A stretch of 64,000 bases of DNA from Owenia fusiformis (lineage: Eukaryota): NCBI GenBank assembly GCA_903813345.2, contig CAIIXF020000001.1, forward strand, positions 46,934,001 to 46,998,000. Direction: 5' to 3'. Below the pieces are notes generated by a model that searched no databases, was not told the DNA's origin, and worked only from the letters and a program-made list of their open reading frames with translations. The position numbers and the translations under genes were made by a program. This document shows positions 1 to 14,087 of this stretch, in pieces. The first letter of the stretch is position 1. Each line of letters begins with the position of its first letter.

Positions 1-79
1 GTCTACACAAGAAATTTCAAGAATAGAGAAGAATTAAGATATAATTCTAAATGTGTTGTACACTGGATTCAACACTTAC

Positions 80-1215
80 AATGAGATATCACATCAACTT
101 CTGACTTCCCTCCCATAAGCAACACGGCGAGGTCTTCCTGGCCTGATTGTCTCAGCGATTCAATGAACGCAAAGCTAGCATTGGGTTTGTCCCTGTCTGG
201 TAGTATCTTCAAAATGGTCCTCACTCGGTCTGTCTGGGATTCGTATCTCTAAAAATAACAAAAACATATTTTGAACATACGTTGAAAGGAGAAAGGAGAA
301 AGTTAGTATTTGCTCAAGTAATTGATTAATGGATAATATAATTTGTCCAAATATTTTTTCATAGTCTTGTCAGTTAAAATGATACAAATGCAGCTACTTA
401 ACTCATAGCTCAATTAATTTCTCATTTCTCAGGAATTAATTAAATGTTTTTGATGTAACCTTGACCATACGATCGACTGATCAAGTTTCACTTAGACGTA
501 TATTGTTGGGAAATGCACTGGTGTTTGTGAAGTGCCCATGTAACAGATACCCTTTGCATTCGTTTGACTTCACTTCTTAAAAGAGAGCTTCGTCTTCACT
601 CTTTCAAACTAAAATAAACCTGTGAACTCACCGCGCCAATCAGTGTTCGTCGGCCAAATTTGACCGACGTTCTTTATATGGCCATTCCTTCTGACGTCAT
701 CGTTGAGCCCGGAATTGACCAATGACATGCGCATATTTAATTAGAACGCATTTGGCGTATGTTTTCAAGCTCGCTGATTGGTGTAAGGTCAGCGCGTAGG
801 TCAAAAGTGATTTACCTAAACTGTCACCGGTACAAGGCGGTACCCGTCGTGGGGGCGGGGCTACTAAACTGTAATATGGTCTCTACTAGGCAGAGTGTAG
901 TTTAACTAGACTCTGCACGCAGGGTATGTAACAGAGTATAATGAAATGATTTTTAATTGCTACACATTACCCAGTGTAGAGTGTAAGCCGATGGGAGTAC
1001 AGAGAGAGAGCCAAGTAAGCTCAACAATCGATGATGTCATTCACAAAATATTGACTGACCTGAAATTGCAGCAATTCTGATGGAGAGAGCAGGTGACTCT
1101 TCGTCAAATATGTAAGGAATCGTGTGTTAACATCCAACTGTTGAGTTAGATCAAACGCGTGTTTGTCTATAAGCTCTCTTAGTTTTTCCACCGTATCTAC
1201 GCCAGTCGAACCCAT
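80..1215 (-). CDS. 5' part of a CARD (death-fold) domain protein; exons 1215-1060 and 248-80; gene continues beyond the left edge
   Basis: ATG at 1215, donor CAG|GTCAGT at 1060 (phase 0), acceptor TTTTTAG| at 248, donor |GTAAGT after 80 (phase 1). The spliced peptide LRELIDKHAFDLTQQLDVNTRFLTYLTKSHLLSPSELLQFQ-RYESQTDRVRTILKILPDRDKPNASFAFIESLRQSGQEDLAVLL shows the CARD helical pattern (R..L.IL..R, F...L..SGQ..LA.LL). Confidence 0.8.
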
Positions 1216-4200
1216 GATGGAGTTTCTTGGTAGTGTATGTCACGATGTAGCCTCGTCAGTAGTTAAACAATTACGTTTACTGTGATAGTAATATCATTTC
1301 CATAGAGTATGAAGGCAGATTATTGAAAGTGCACGTATCCCATGCTTGGATTGGCATGCTTATCGGTATCATCTACAGATGTTATGGTTGCCATGGATAC
1401 AGACTTTAATATCACACATTGTAAGGAAATTGAATGTTTCATCTTAATCATCTTTGTTTTCGCCTGTGCGACTTTGTATAAATTTCTGCTGCTTAACCCT
1501 GGAAGTAAATATGGCGTCTACAAGTGTCTATATAAAGTAGATCAGTTCTAACCAAATCGATGCTTAATATTATAAATATAATAGCGTTTATCGGAAAAAG
1601 TAATAATTTTTTACTAATAATAATTGTGTACACCATTAGCCTACTAAACCATCGACAGAATGTCTTTAGATGTGAAGATCGAGTTGGGCTGTCGATAGAT
1701 TTGTACATCGTTAGATATATTAAACACGACATGCCGAAATCCTTTTTTTCACAATTTGAAATTATCATTCTAATACTTATAAACATTTATGATGACATGG
1801 TTGATAAATGTTCTTTTTGTTTCAAGTTTATATAAACTAGTAATTTAATATATTTGACGTATTAAGAATTGGTTAATTATACAATATGAATGTGTATTTG
1901 TGGATGTACCATATTTTTAGTGCATGTGCCACTGTTTTAAAAGTAATTCCAATTAATAAAAAGGAATATTTCTTTTTACCCGATACTCTCGGACCTCGGA
2001 ATTATCCCAATATCCTGAACCTCATATTAAAGACAATCTCAATATACTTACATTATCAGCATCTATGTATCCCTTGACACGTTTCTGTCTCCAATATATT
2101 TAGTTTCTTCATGTTAATGTATGTAACATAATTATGTAATATTTTCTCAAAAATGGCTGTTCTACCTATCGGGTAGACCATAAAGAATTAACTATAACAC
2201 ATTTAAAACAGTCTGTTACAAATACAAACACTTGCCTTTATGCGGTGCCTATAGCAATACTTCAATAAAGTTGTGTTGTCTCACGTACATTATGTGCTGT
2301 CGCGACATCCTCTCACTATGACTTTAGGGGTTCTATTCATAAATATAAAATCAAAACAAATATTCCCTACTCATATTTCTTTAAAAAATCAAACAAATAG
2401 TGTATTGTATTTAGTGTTTATTTTGAAACAAGCTGAAATGAAGAATCGACCCTTATGTTTTCAATGGTTCAGTTCTTTACTTGAAAATGTAAGTTGGTAT
2501 TCAACAATCCTCATACATAATGGAAAATAACCCTTTTTGAAGCCTCGAGTTGCTTCAATATGATTAATAATATAATTTAGGGGTCAGTTCGGTGTAGGAA
2601 CATTTTAATTTGTAAAAGTTGAACATGTGTTAATTTATTTATAAATTTGTTAAACAAACACACCAAAATCCACGGGTGTTAAAACACGAATATACCACGA
2701 GCACATGCTTTGAGGATCCGCGTTGTCTGAACCTACCGCCGAGCACACTTATACATTAAGACCCGTTACACAGTCATGATACCGCCGAGCAAGCTCATTT
2801 CATCACCGGGTCTGCTTTACCCCCGTGAAAATCGAGAATTTACTTGTGGAGACACACGGTAAATATCATTGAATCTATTTCAGGCGTAGTTGAGAAAGCC
2901 AAACGTTCACTCCGGATACTGTGTAAACATAAATTTACTAATTCACAGAGATTCGTTAGTGAACAATTTTGTTTTACTGCTGTAACTGCGTCGCGAATAT
3001 GACTGATACCCGAAACAGTTTATAAGAGAGACATAATTGTATAATGTACAATTCTCGAGATTGTAATTAATAATCCGGAAATGTTAAAACGCGCAACTAA
3101 ATCTTAAAATCCAAACTGCGGAAGGTTGAAAGAACTGGAAATTGCGGGCAACAATGGACATACTGAAAAACTCAGGAAAATATCAGTCGCGTTATAGCCC
3201 GAGTAGATTATGATAAAAGGTTTATTTGGATCCTTTAGAAAAATATCTTATCCTTGCAATTTTTCACTAAGCAATTAAATACGGCTTTTAAACCGCATGA
3301 GATGTAGTATGTATCCGATTGTTCACTTAATACATGTAATATCACACACAAATTGCATGGACACCCTCTTTTATCAGTTGAAGACACCAGCCTAGCTTTT
3401 CACTATATATTTGTATTTTCATTTTTGGTCAGATTACATTTTCATTGCTGCCGATTTATTTGTTTAGAAATAGTTTTGGAATCGTTTGATAAGCCATAAA
3501 ATGTATTAAATAGTTAAGTACATTATCAAAAGGCTGTCATGCACAAAAGCCGCTACGTCATCTGCGCATTGTAACACTTTATTTGGTTTCATCATGGATT
3601 GTTTAAGTTTATAAGATAAAAGCCCACATGCTATTAGGTAAATTATCAGATAAGGGGCACCCCTGCCGAATGCCACACCCTAATTTGATGTCACGTATAA
3701 GTCAGTCATTGTTAAAAGTATGATTTTGTCCATTTGTAACTATGACCTCAATCAGTTTTATAGATGAAGGACCAAACCCAAAATATTCTAAAGAGTATAA
3801 CATAAACTCTTTTAAAATTGAATCAAAACATTTTTCGTAATCAATTGCAAGCATAATGCCCTGTAAGTTATATATTACCCTTATGTAACCGTTAACAAAT
3901 TAAAATGACGTCCAGTAAAATAAAATATTATCTGTCCAATATAAGAAAATATAGTTCACTTTTTGTGATTTTATCACATAGGGTCTATGGAATCTCTCCA
4001 ACCTAGAAGTCACATTCTCAAAGAAAATTAAATTTATTTTCAAAGTTGATAAACACTTTGTAAAATCACATTTCTAGATGTAATTTTACATTTAGTTTTC
4101 AAATATGATATCACCTTGACTGAATTTTTAATTTTTAATGACGTAAATCAGGATTATTTCTCCTCGCATCTTGTATCAAAACAAAATGTGGGAATCAAAA

Positions 4201-4999
4201 CAAAATTGTTATTTATTTCTCATGATATTCTTTTAAAACAATGATCCATCCGATGATTATTTTCTGTATTGCCTTAAAGAGAGTGATCTTCTTTATGCCC
4301 TTTGATCTTTATTAGAAGTTCTTATATGGCAAAGCTGAAAATATTTCGTAAGCATACATTTGAAAGTATGTCATTAAGATAATTTGGAGACTCGGGACAA
4401 CCCTTTTCAATCGTTTCATTTGCTCCACTCTGATGAGTTAACGATAATCCGTTAATATTAGGCCCTCTAAGAGACCGAGAGTACAATATACAGAGTAAAA
4501 TATCCTCTCTTACATCTAGTGTACTTCTCATATTTACTTTTGTTTCCCCTCTTTCGTATCCTGGCCATGAACTAGCCCCTTATATTGTATGTTTAACGCA
4601 TTTAATTTACATATCACGATAATAGCAATAAAATATAGGTGAATTACGACATACACGAGATCAAATACCACATAAAGTAAAACGAGTGGCCATGCAGGTC
4701 AATAGTGTATGTAGACTCAAAATAGAATCACAAGGACACTGTGCAAACCTTACCCATAAACAGTTTACTATTATTGTTAACTTGTTAAATGTATTTAATG
4801 CAGAGAGCTAAGCAGTGTATGCTGTACATTTGCTCAAAGTAGTGCTAAGTTGAATGAAATAGTATGTTTTACTACTGATGGATTTCTGGTGGATTTCTTG
4901 AGGCGATTTGATATATACGAAGATTTTGAATCAAAAGCAATATACAAACTTGATTATTTTGACAACTTTATATATGATTGGAGGAGTAACAGGACCAAT

Positions 5000-7900
5000 A
5001 TGATCAGCGTTATACTATTGGTAACAGCAGTTGTTTCTTATCTTGTGTATAAACGATTGCGTGATCCTCTTAATTCCATCCCTGGTCCATGGCCTCTACC
5101 TTTCCTTGGCAATGCACTCATGATAGACAGAACTGGACCCCACCATACGATCCTGGCCATAGCCAGAAAATACGGAGACATTTGCAAAGTGAAGATATTG
5201 GATAAAACATTGGTTGTTTTAAGTAGTAAGGAATTTATACACGAAGCTCTGGTCACAAAGTCAGTAGACTTCGCAGGGCGTCCGACAAGTTTCAGGATAC
5301 GTATGGTATTTGAAGGAAAGGATATCGGACTTCAGGATTTTGGGGCTCCGTATGTTCAGTTAAAGAAGACCGCTCATAAAGGGTTAAAACAATATGGTGA
5401 TGGACTGGGTTCGATCGTTGAACTCTCTTTGAAAGAAATCAACTACTGTAAAGACGTTTTCAGATCATTTAAGGGCGAGCCTTTCGACCCCAACGACATG
5501 ATATACAGAAGCATACTGAATATTATTCTTATTATGGTATAGTCATTTCATTTTATATTGTTACTTTAACGTTACTCATGTTGATGTAATATACTTTAAA
5601 TCGACCTAACCCCCTTATCACACCAAACTAGTTCTTACCCGTTCTTGCCAGTCCTACGAAAACGTCGTAAAACGGGCTCAATCTGGCTGTGGTCGGGAAA
5701 TATGTCTGAAATAATTAGCTTCTTCAGTCTTCAATACGTCCATCTCGTTCGCAGTTCGTTCAGGTCGCACCACGTCGGTGTGCAACGTAGTAGAACGCGT
5801 CCCTTAGTCTAGAAGGTCAACATGACCTGATTACAGAACGGCATGGTCGCCATCGAATTTTGAATCGATTCAAAATTCTAAAATCACATTCCCGTCTGAG
5901 AACGTTCATAAAGTTTTTAAATAGACCTTAGAAAGTTGCAGCTACGTTCATTCCGTTCGCACACAGTTTAAAACCAGTTTTGGAGAACGCAGTGGCAACT
6001 TGTTTGGTGTGATAGCTATATTTCTGCTAACTCGTTCATAAGCAGTGTTAAATACGTTTTTAATCAGTTTAAACCCGTTTGCAATTAGTTCTACCTCGTT
6101 CTAAACACGTCCTCAGACAGTTCAACTCGTTGTTAAAACGTCCCTAGTAGGATTGAAGTACGACGGTTCCGTTCTAATTGTAGAACGTGACGACCACGAG
6201 AACATTTTGAGCATTGTCTAAGTTCTAGAGGACCTACCCGTTCGAGTACGTTCGATGAAGTTTGTAAATAGATCCCAAATGGTTCTTAGTAGGTCCAGTC
6301 CGTTCGTACACAGTTGAAGTCCGTTTTCGAGAACGTGGTGAGAACTAGTTTGGTGTGATAGTAGGGTAATCTGTACATAATAGTTTTTCACAAAAAAATA
6401 TAAATATATAGCCTCGCATTAATAATTAACTGAAACATATATGGATCACTGTAAAAAACGAATTATGTTGTATCACGCTTCTTTCAAATTACTTACAGCT
6501 ACTTGGTGAACGATTTGAGCGTGGAGACCCCTGGTTTGAATCAGTTGTGAAGATGGACACCAATATTGGCGAATTATTGAGTGGTTCCAATGGAGTAGAA
6601 CTTGATCAGTTCCCCTGGTTGCGTTTCCTTGGTAACAAGAATTACAAAAGGCTCTTAAAATTTCTCGAATCGAGAGATGATTTTTTTAGTCATTGGATAA
6701 ACAAACACCGGGTGAGATGTATATTTACACAGTATAAACTCAAAATCTTGGATCAAAATGTCCCAACTGAAATACATTCAGAGTCAAACATAAACATTGC
6801 TCAAAACGCTATCCCAATGGGAGATGAGGGTTGTCAAATTTTGAAGAGAGTGTACGGTAAAAAAATAATCAGTCAACTATTAATAACTGTCAATGTTCTT
6901 AAAATTGGGACTCGATCAATCCTTAATTAAAATGGTAATATCAATTTCATTTCCTTGTGGTCACCGAGCCTTCATTTATCATTTATAAGTTCTGATTGTC
7001 CTGTGGGTCTAACATTTTTTGTTAATCAATATACGTATGTTACAGAATACATTGAATGCCAACGAAGCAAGGGATTTCATGGATAGCTTGTTGATAGGCC
7101 AGCAAGCCACAGCAAACTCTGAAAATCCAATCACAGACGACAATATCAAGAATTCGTGTACAAACATATTAATGGCAGGTATATTGAAATACAGGACTGA
7201 TTTATCAAATTCCAGCCATTCAAAAAAACAGCATTTCAAATAATCTGTATTCTTGAAATTCCATCAACCAAGCATGGTTATTTTTAGATTCTAGTGATTT
7301 CATAAATTCAAGTTGGCTGTCCTGTTCACTCCTTCTTGTATATTGAACCAACTTATTGTTTTCTTTCTAAAATAGATTATCTACACATAAAATAACATTA
7401 GATTTAAAGGGAATATATAGGCGCAAATTCCAAAGGAAAGGGACCAAAAACTGTAAAGAAAAAAGTACAATTAGCGGCCTATATGGAGAATGATACTGTG
7501 GCGAAATTGAGTCTCTCTATCTTTTACAAAACATGAAAACAAATATAGTTTGAAATATTAATTTATTGAAGAAAAGTCCAAAAATATCATTTCAATCGGC
7601 TACTTACAGTTTTGGTTAGTCCCGAGTTCACGCAACGAGGTTCTGAGGTTTCAATGCCAAGGGTGCCTCTTTTATATCTTAATTTTGAGGTGGGCAGAGC
7701 TGAAATAAGAGGTCTTATCCAATAAAATATCAGGAAATCCCATTAACTAAAATTGGCCTAAAAATAAATGTTTAATTTAATAAAGTGTCAATAAGAAATA
7801 GTGATGATTTTCTGCCCACAAAGCTTGAATGTTTACTGAGAATCTAAGAATTTGGAAGATTTTGGTGAGAAAGGAATGTCTAGACAAAACCTCTGAGCCT

Positions 7901-10900
7901 CGTCTCATGAACTCTGGATGTTTAATCTAATTATCTAATTTAATTCATTATCTTATTTATGTCCGAAACACATATTTATAGGTAAAATTTCCCCCTAAAA
8001 AGTATACAATTATTCGAAAATTTTTTCATTTTTACCACCTTTTGACATTTTACTACAATACTATACAACTTTAGACGCTCAATTTAGTGAAATTACATGG
8101 CAGAGAACATTTCTATACATTTTAAAACAAGTTTTATGAATATTGGATGAAAATTTTTCAAACAAGAGCAATTTTAGTGAGAAATTTTGTGACGATTTTT
8201 CTCGTCACTGGTTTTCAAGATCATTTCTGAAGTGACGAGAAATCTCGTCACTCCAGGTAGTCAAGAGGTTAAAAGTTGATCATGAGCACTGGACCCAGTA
8301 CTTTGTCTGTAAAATATAGCACTCGAGAAGTTGATTCTTCCTTAAACCTCGAGCTTCTGTCTTGGTTTAAGAAAGGAACAAACTGCCACTTGTGAAGTAT
8401 TTTACAAACAAAGCATTGAGTCCAGTGACTCAAACATATAATATTGAGTTTCTATCGCCTTTAACTTACTTTCTGCGCAAACGATTCTTTTTAACCGTAA
8501 TTCTGACAGTAAACAGTCTGAAAAGAAGTTTCTAAAGACCTTCCAAAGATGGCACCATGTGTAGAATGTTCCTAATTTTGGAACTGAGTTATCCTAGAGT
8601 TATAACTAGAATTAAAGGAGCTCAAACATTTCAACTTAAGTGTACTTTATTATACGTGTATATCTTTCCAGGAATACGGACAACGTATGCAACAATGATG
8701 GCATTTCTATTTGCTATGGTCTCACACGAGGAAGTACAAGCGAAATTACAAGAGGAGATAGACAGAGTTGTTGGTGATCGCCAAGTGGCCTTAGAAGATA
8801 AAGACAATATGCCATATATGCAGGCTACGCTGAGAGAGGTTCTAAGATACGCTACTGTTGACCCATTAGGGGTTCCACATAGAACGACCAAAGAAACTAC
8901 TATCGGTGGACATATTCTACCAAAGGGAACAAACGTAAGAATAAAATAAAAAACGGCAACATTATATAATATTATAAAATATGGTATACCAATAATGAAA
9001 GTATTCCTTATATCGCATAATGAGAATGCATGTGAATAGCGGATGCTCTGTCGTATCGAATAAAATTTTGATGCAGGCCCAAATGTCCTGTTTAGAACCA
9101 CTATCCTTACTATTGAAAATGGATTCCAGCAATACTATCCAACATGAATCTACTTGTTGAGACTCGATAAACTTGAGTTCTGAGAAAATGAGGATTTCAG
9201 CAAGGGTTCACTGACTTAGATTGGAAACATACAACACTGTCCAATGACTAAAGCATCCGGATACCATCATTTATGTCACCATGTTATGTCAATGCACCCT
9301 TGCTGAAATCCTCATTTTCTCAGAAGAACTCAAGTTGATGGAGTCTCAACAAGTAGATTCTAATTGGAGTAGCTATTGTTAGAATCCATTTTCAATAGTA
9401 AAAATAGGAGTTCTTAAACAGGACATTAAAGCTTCAGTACGGCTTTTTGAAATTTTTGTATTGTGTTTGTAATTTAGTACTATGAGTTGAATTTCATTTA
9501 TGCGCGCGTTATATTGTTTTAGGTTTGGACTAATCTATGGGCAATGCACCATGACGAGCGATATTTTGATGATCCGTGGCACTTTAAACCTGAACGATTC
9601 CTTGATTGTAATGGGAAATATACAGCCATGGATGACAGGTTTGTTAGCCTTCGAATAGCAGATTCATTCTTTGGGATGCGATTTCTCCCCTGCCGACTGT
9701 GGCGAAAATTAGGCAATGTTTAAGGTGGAGGGCGAAACATGCCTTCCAAACATCCCAGTTGCCATTGTAACCGATCCATCCACACGTTATTAGTTCTTGG
9801 CTCAACATCCTCTTGTTTCACCTGACCAAGCATGGGCTTCTTCTCTATCATGTTTTTTAAATGTATATCCATTTAGTAAATCCATTTTAAATTGAGTGGC
9901 ACTGCGTGAAATCTTTCTTGAGCTGGGGTCCTATGCCATTATGACATTAGTCTATAAAATGTGGACCAAATCATATAACTGGTACTAAGTTATTAAAAAT
10001 ACATTTTTCATGAAAAACCATTTTGAATTGAGCAGCCATCTTGAAAATTCCCTCTCGAGCAGAGTCCTTATTCCCTAAAGCAAGGGATTTTAAAAGAACC
10101 AAATCCGTCTACTGATATTTCAATAACATACATAAGAATTTTACAAAAATAGCGGGAATCTTGAAATGAGCGGCCAAATTGAAAATGCCTCCTTTAGCAG
10201 AGGTCTTCTGCCCATAATTCTTTTCAAGAACATCGACAATGCGTCGCTACAAATTGAACAGGGAAAGGTGGGAGTCCTTCATTGTGTCATCAGCAGGCGG
10301 CTAGGATTGTTCTCATTTTGCACCTTAGCCTGAATGCATAATCGAGGGGGAGGTGATTGTTGGATCGGAGCATAATCATCACTCGCTGTTAAGTCCCCGA
10401 GGGTTCAATATATAAACCTTAACGGGGATCCTCGGCGCACATGGGGTAACTTTTATGACATTTAGTATGGCAATGGACCCAAATTTTAGGATCTGGTATG
10501 GGAATGCCCCCCAAATTATGACTTTTGAGGTATGGCAATGGTTGGATTTTTCCACTTTCTGTTATGAGAATGGTCACAGAAAAGATCTTACATCTCACTT
10601 GTGGTATGGCAAATCCTTAATTTGAGGTTGTTTTGGATCGTTTTACTCAAAGATCTTTAGACATTTTGAATGGCCTTGGTCTTATATTTGGACATTTGGT
10701 ATGTCATTGGTCTTATATTTGGATATCTGGTATGCCTTTTTTGGCGTTATTTTGGTTGGTATGGGAACACATTGTTATCTAGGGATTTTATTTAACTTTA
10801 CACACTGATTTGTTCGATCATTCTCAATTATAATTACTAATATGATATAAACATTTTAAATATGATAGGGTTAGGAAATATAATTTTCCAGAACTTTTTT

Positions 10901-13900
10901 CTTAAATATTAAAGTACGAATTGTATAACGAAATACAATAACAGATTTGGGTCGTTGTGTGGGTGGATGGACCTTTTCGTCCTTATTAGCTGCTTGTCAG
11001 TCTTGGCATTTAATCCTGTTGAACAAGATGATACCTTTTTATCCGTATATTCGATTCAATCATGCATATGTCATTAAAAATCATTTGAAAATGTTTCTGT
11101 GCTGTGTGAGTATAGTTTTTTCAAGGCCATTCTTTGCGAGGGTTTAGCTACAATTTATTTTATTTGAGTATCATACCATAAATCAGATGATATGATTATT
11201 TTCAATAAATTAATATGAAGTTCAATATCATAATGCTATAGAATGTGTATACCTGTATTTACAGCTCATACAAAGACATGCCTTAAGTCGATGCTGGATG
11301 ATCGATTTTTGAAACTGAAATGAAGGAAACTTGTTTATGAATATATGTTTAGCTGTAGAGGCTTTCTGGTGTCCTGTAGATCGACCGATGTCCTGGCGGA
11401 TGCCGTACGGTCATCGATAGATAGCCTTGCGATACCCGTGCGATATCCTATAGATTTAGTTGTTTGCGGGCGCCGTGTGGTGCCTGTACTAATGTGACCA
11501 GACTCACGGCGAAATCAAGTCATCGGGGAAAAGTCAGCGGCGCCCGGTCAATTTAGAAATCGGCCGATGACCACTCATCGGCCGGCGCCCGGTGCATATG
11601 TGACCTAGGCATAACTGCGGTGTATGCATGCGCAATCGGTCGCAGTAATAACATGTAATAGCAACCTTTATGTTTATATCTAGGCTATAATGGAAGACAT
11701 GTAATCGATAAAAAAACACAATTACGCCTATCCCGTATGCAGTTTCATAGTTATTTATATAAAGGCACCGTACATCGTGCATATGACAGTGTGACATGAT
11801 ATGATGACTTTGAATGATTTTGAAACAGCATGACACGTGTAAATGATAAACAGGTTAAAGTTTTAGTGTTTTAAATATAAAGTATTATTATTCGTCATAT
11901 GCAGATGTTATTTCTAGAAGACTATGTGGTGTCCTTAGAGGAGGATTGACATAACAAAGCGGTTAAATGTTCAAGGGTTGTCAGATCCCCTCTCAATACG
12001 AACACATTCAATGGAATATTAAATCAAATTTGAAAAGTTTGAATTTCGAAAGTAGATTATACACCCTAAATGTAATTGATAAAACGTGATGACGTGATAC
12101 GTAATATGTGATGACGTCGCAGGTTTAAACAAGCTACAAAATTAATGCATATATAAAGAATAGATAAAATGGTTGAAATAATGTAATTTTTACTTGAATT
12201 CCTTGTTGAGTGTAAAGCACACGGGTAGTGAAGAAATCAACTTGACATTTTACTTGATTTTTCGTAGTTTTACTTTGGCCAGACCAGCCAAATGGTAGAG
12301 GTCTTGGTGAGAATATATCTTTCAAAGAAAAATAATTTATTAATTCTATTTAACAGTTTAATGACACTTGACTATGTACTGAGCAATCGGGAAAGATTAA
12401 AATGAATGCTAAAGTCCTGAAATGAAATGTAGATGATTAGACAATAATTTCACGGCGTGGTAATTAATTACAGGCACATGTATGTTTGTTTAGGCTAGAT
12501 GTCGACTAGATACATAATAGATAAATCATTAGTATATTTAGTACAATCAGTACAAGGCCATGTTGATTTATTTGTATCATATTGTATTGAAACGTACATG
12601 TGAGGGAAGCTCGATCAATCAACTTGAAACGTGTTGACATAGCATATCCAGTTATATTGACATATTTCTAAGCCTATGCTTAAGCCTCAGACACATTTGT
12701 GCTAAGGGTAGCACCAAATGTACTTGATAGCGTAGTCAATCGACATAAATGTGTTGAGTGTTATCCACTGGTTAGTTTGACATATTGATTCTTTATCCTG
12801 CACCTTGACCTTTAAAGTCCACATACACAACAGCGAACGATAAGTAACAAAGATTGACTTTGGATATACTAAAACATATTTATAAGTAGTCTAAAATGTT
12901 TATACACGCATTTCAATACATGCACCTACTAAGAAAACCTAGATGGCACCCAGACTAAAACTTAAATTTTCTAAATCCAATTTTTCTTAATCTTAATCAT
13001 ACAAACCAATTGTTAGTAAATAAAACAATAGAATTTACATCAAATGTCTTGCAAAACTAGTCCAAATATATGCATTTAGTCTTTATAGAAGCCGACCATC
13101 CATGAAAACTTTGCATTATACATACTGTATTACAATAACATACTTTCGTTGACAAGCCTGCTAATTGCGCATCATATTGAAGCTTCTCGTTGGAAAATTA
13201 ATACTGTAAAATGTTCCAAACATTTACATCCTAAGTTTTTCCAATTTGTATAATCTAAAAACCTTTGCTGGTATTTAGTATTGCCACAACGACGCAGTTG
13301 TACAATATATTTAAAATCATTTTGGTCTTATATGTATTTAAACCTGCACATCGCTTTAAAACGCATAATGTGGACATATTATTTTTGCATTTTTGCAGAT
13401 ATAAAACATCAAAGCACAACTATGTAGTTAAAAGAATAAAAAACGTTAATGTGGGGTTTCGAACCACGGTCACCCGGTGGCGAGTGAGCATCTTTGCACT
13501 AAACAACGAGTTATCTAATTATCGTAGAAGTAATTTAACGTAAATATTTGAAACTTTCTAAATCGGCAGTGACGTAATATTATCTTAGAAACCTTCCAAA
13601 AATCAAATTTTCTGCGACAATCCGAGCAATCGAAGGAACAATCCTCATAGTTTTGTCACATTTATCGTGAGCACCATACACCGTACACCATATTTTTTTG
13701 TTCACCATTTTATATTATTTCATTATAAACTTAGCTCAAAATCTAACAGTTGACCCCGGATTCCGGAACGACCCAAGAATGCGCGTTTTAAAGCGATGTG
13801 AAGGTTTAAATATTTTTATAGTTGTGCAATAATTTTTTATCGAGATTTGTACGAATGCAATATTTTTACGTTTCAGAATGAAGCCATTTGGTGCTGGGAG

Positions 13901-14087
13901 GAGGGCTTGTCTCGGTCAGGTCCTTGCAAAGACAAGATTGTTTCTGTTCATCACTACACTGTTACAACATTTTAAATTCCACCCTCCGTCTTCAGGGATA
14001 CCCATCCCAGATGCGAGGCAGTTTCCTATGTCAGGACCAACGCTAAGGCCACCACCGTTTAATTTGATAGCTGTTGATAGGAGGTGA
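5000..14087 (+). CDS. Cytochrome P450, clan 2 (CYP17/CYP1-like), 6 coding exons: 5000-5536, 6499-6711, 7046-7178, 8672-8934, 9523-9638, 13877-14087 (1473 nt, 490 aa)
   Basis: N-terminal TM anchor, PGPWPLPFLGN hinge, I-helix AGIRTT, K-helix EVLR, PERF motif and heme signature FGAGRRACLG. All introns are GT-AG with matching phases (0,0,1,0,2). The exact CYP family cannot be assigned by eye. Confidence 0.93.
5610..6366. mobile_element. MITE family A (TIR CCC..TATCACACCAAACTAGTTCT) in CYP intron 1
   Basis: Terminal inverted repeats flanked by TAA on both sides (5607-5609, 6367-6369). Related copies lie at 43531-49118, 47156-48241 and 50013-50826. Confidence 0.85.
9082..9427. mobile_element. Foldback (palindromic) MITE in CYP intron 4
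   Basis: Long inverted arms, e.g. AATGTCCTGTTTA...TACTATTGAAAATGGATTC versus GAATCCATTTTCAATAGTA...TAAACAGGACATT, and GAGAAAATGAGGATTTCAGCAAGGG versus CCCTTGCTGAAATCCTCATTTTCTC. Confidence 0.7.

Noticed and set aside
4850..4999. ORF-track N-terminal extension of the P450
   Set aside because: Starts at TTG; the ATG at 5000 directly precedes the membrane anchor and gives a normal P450 length.
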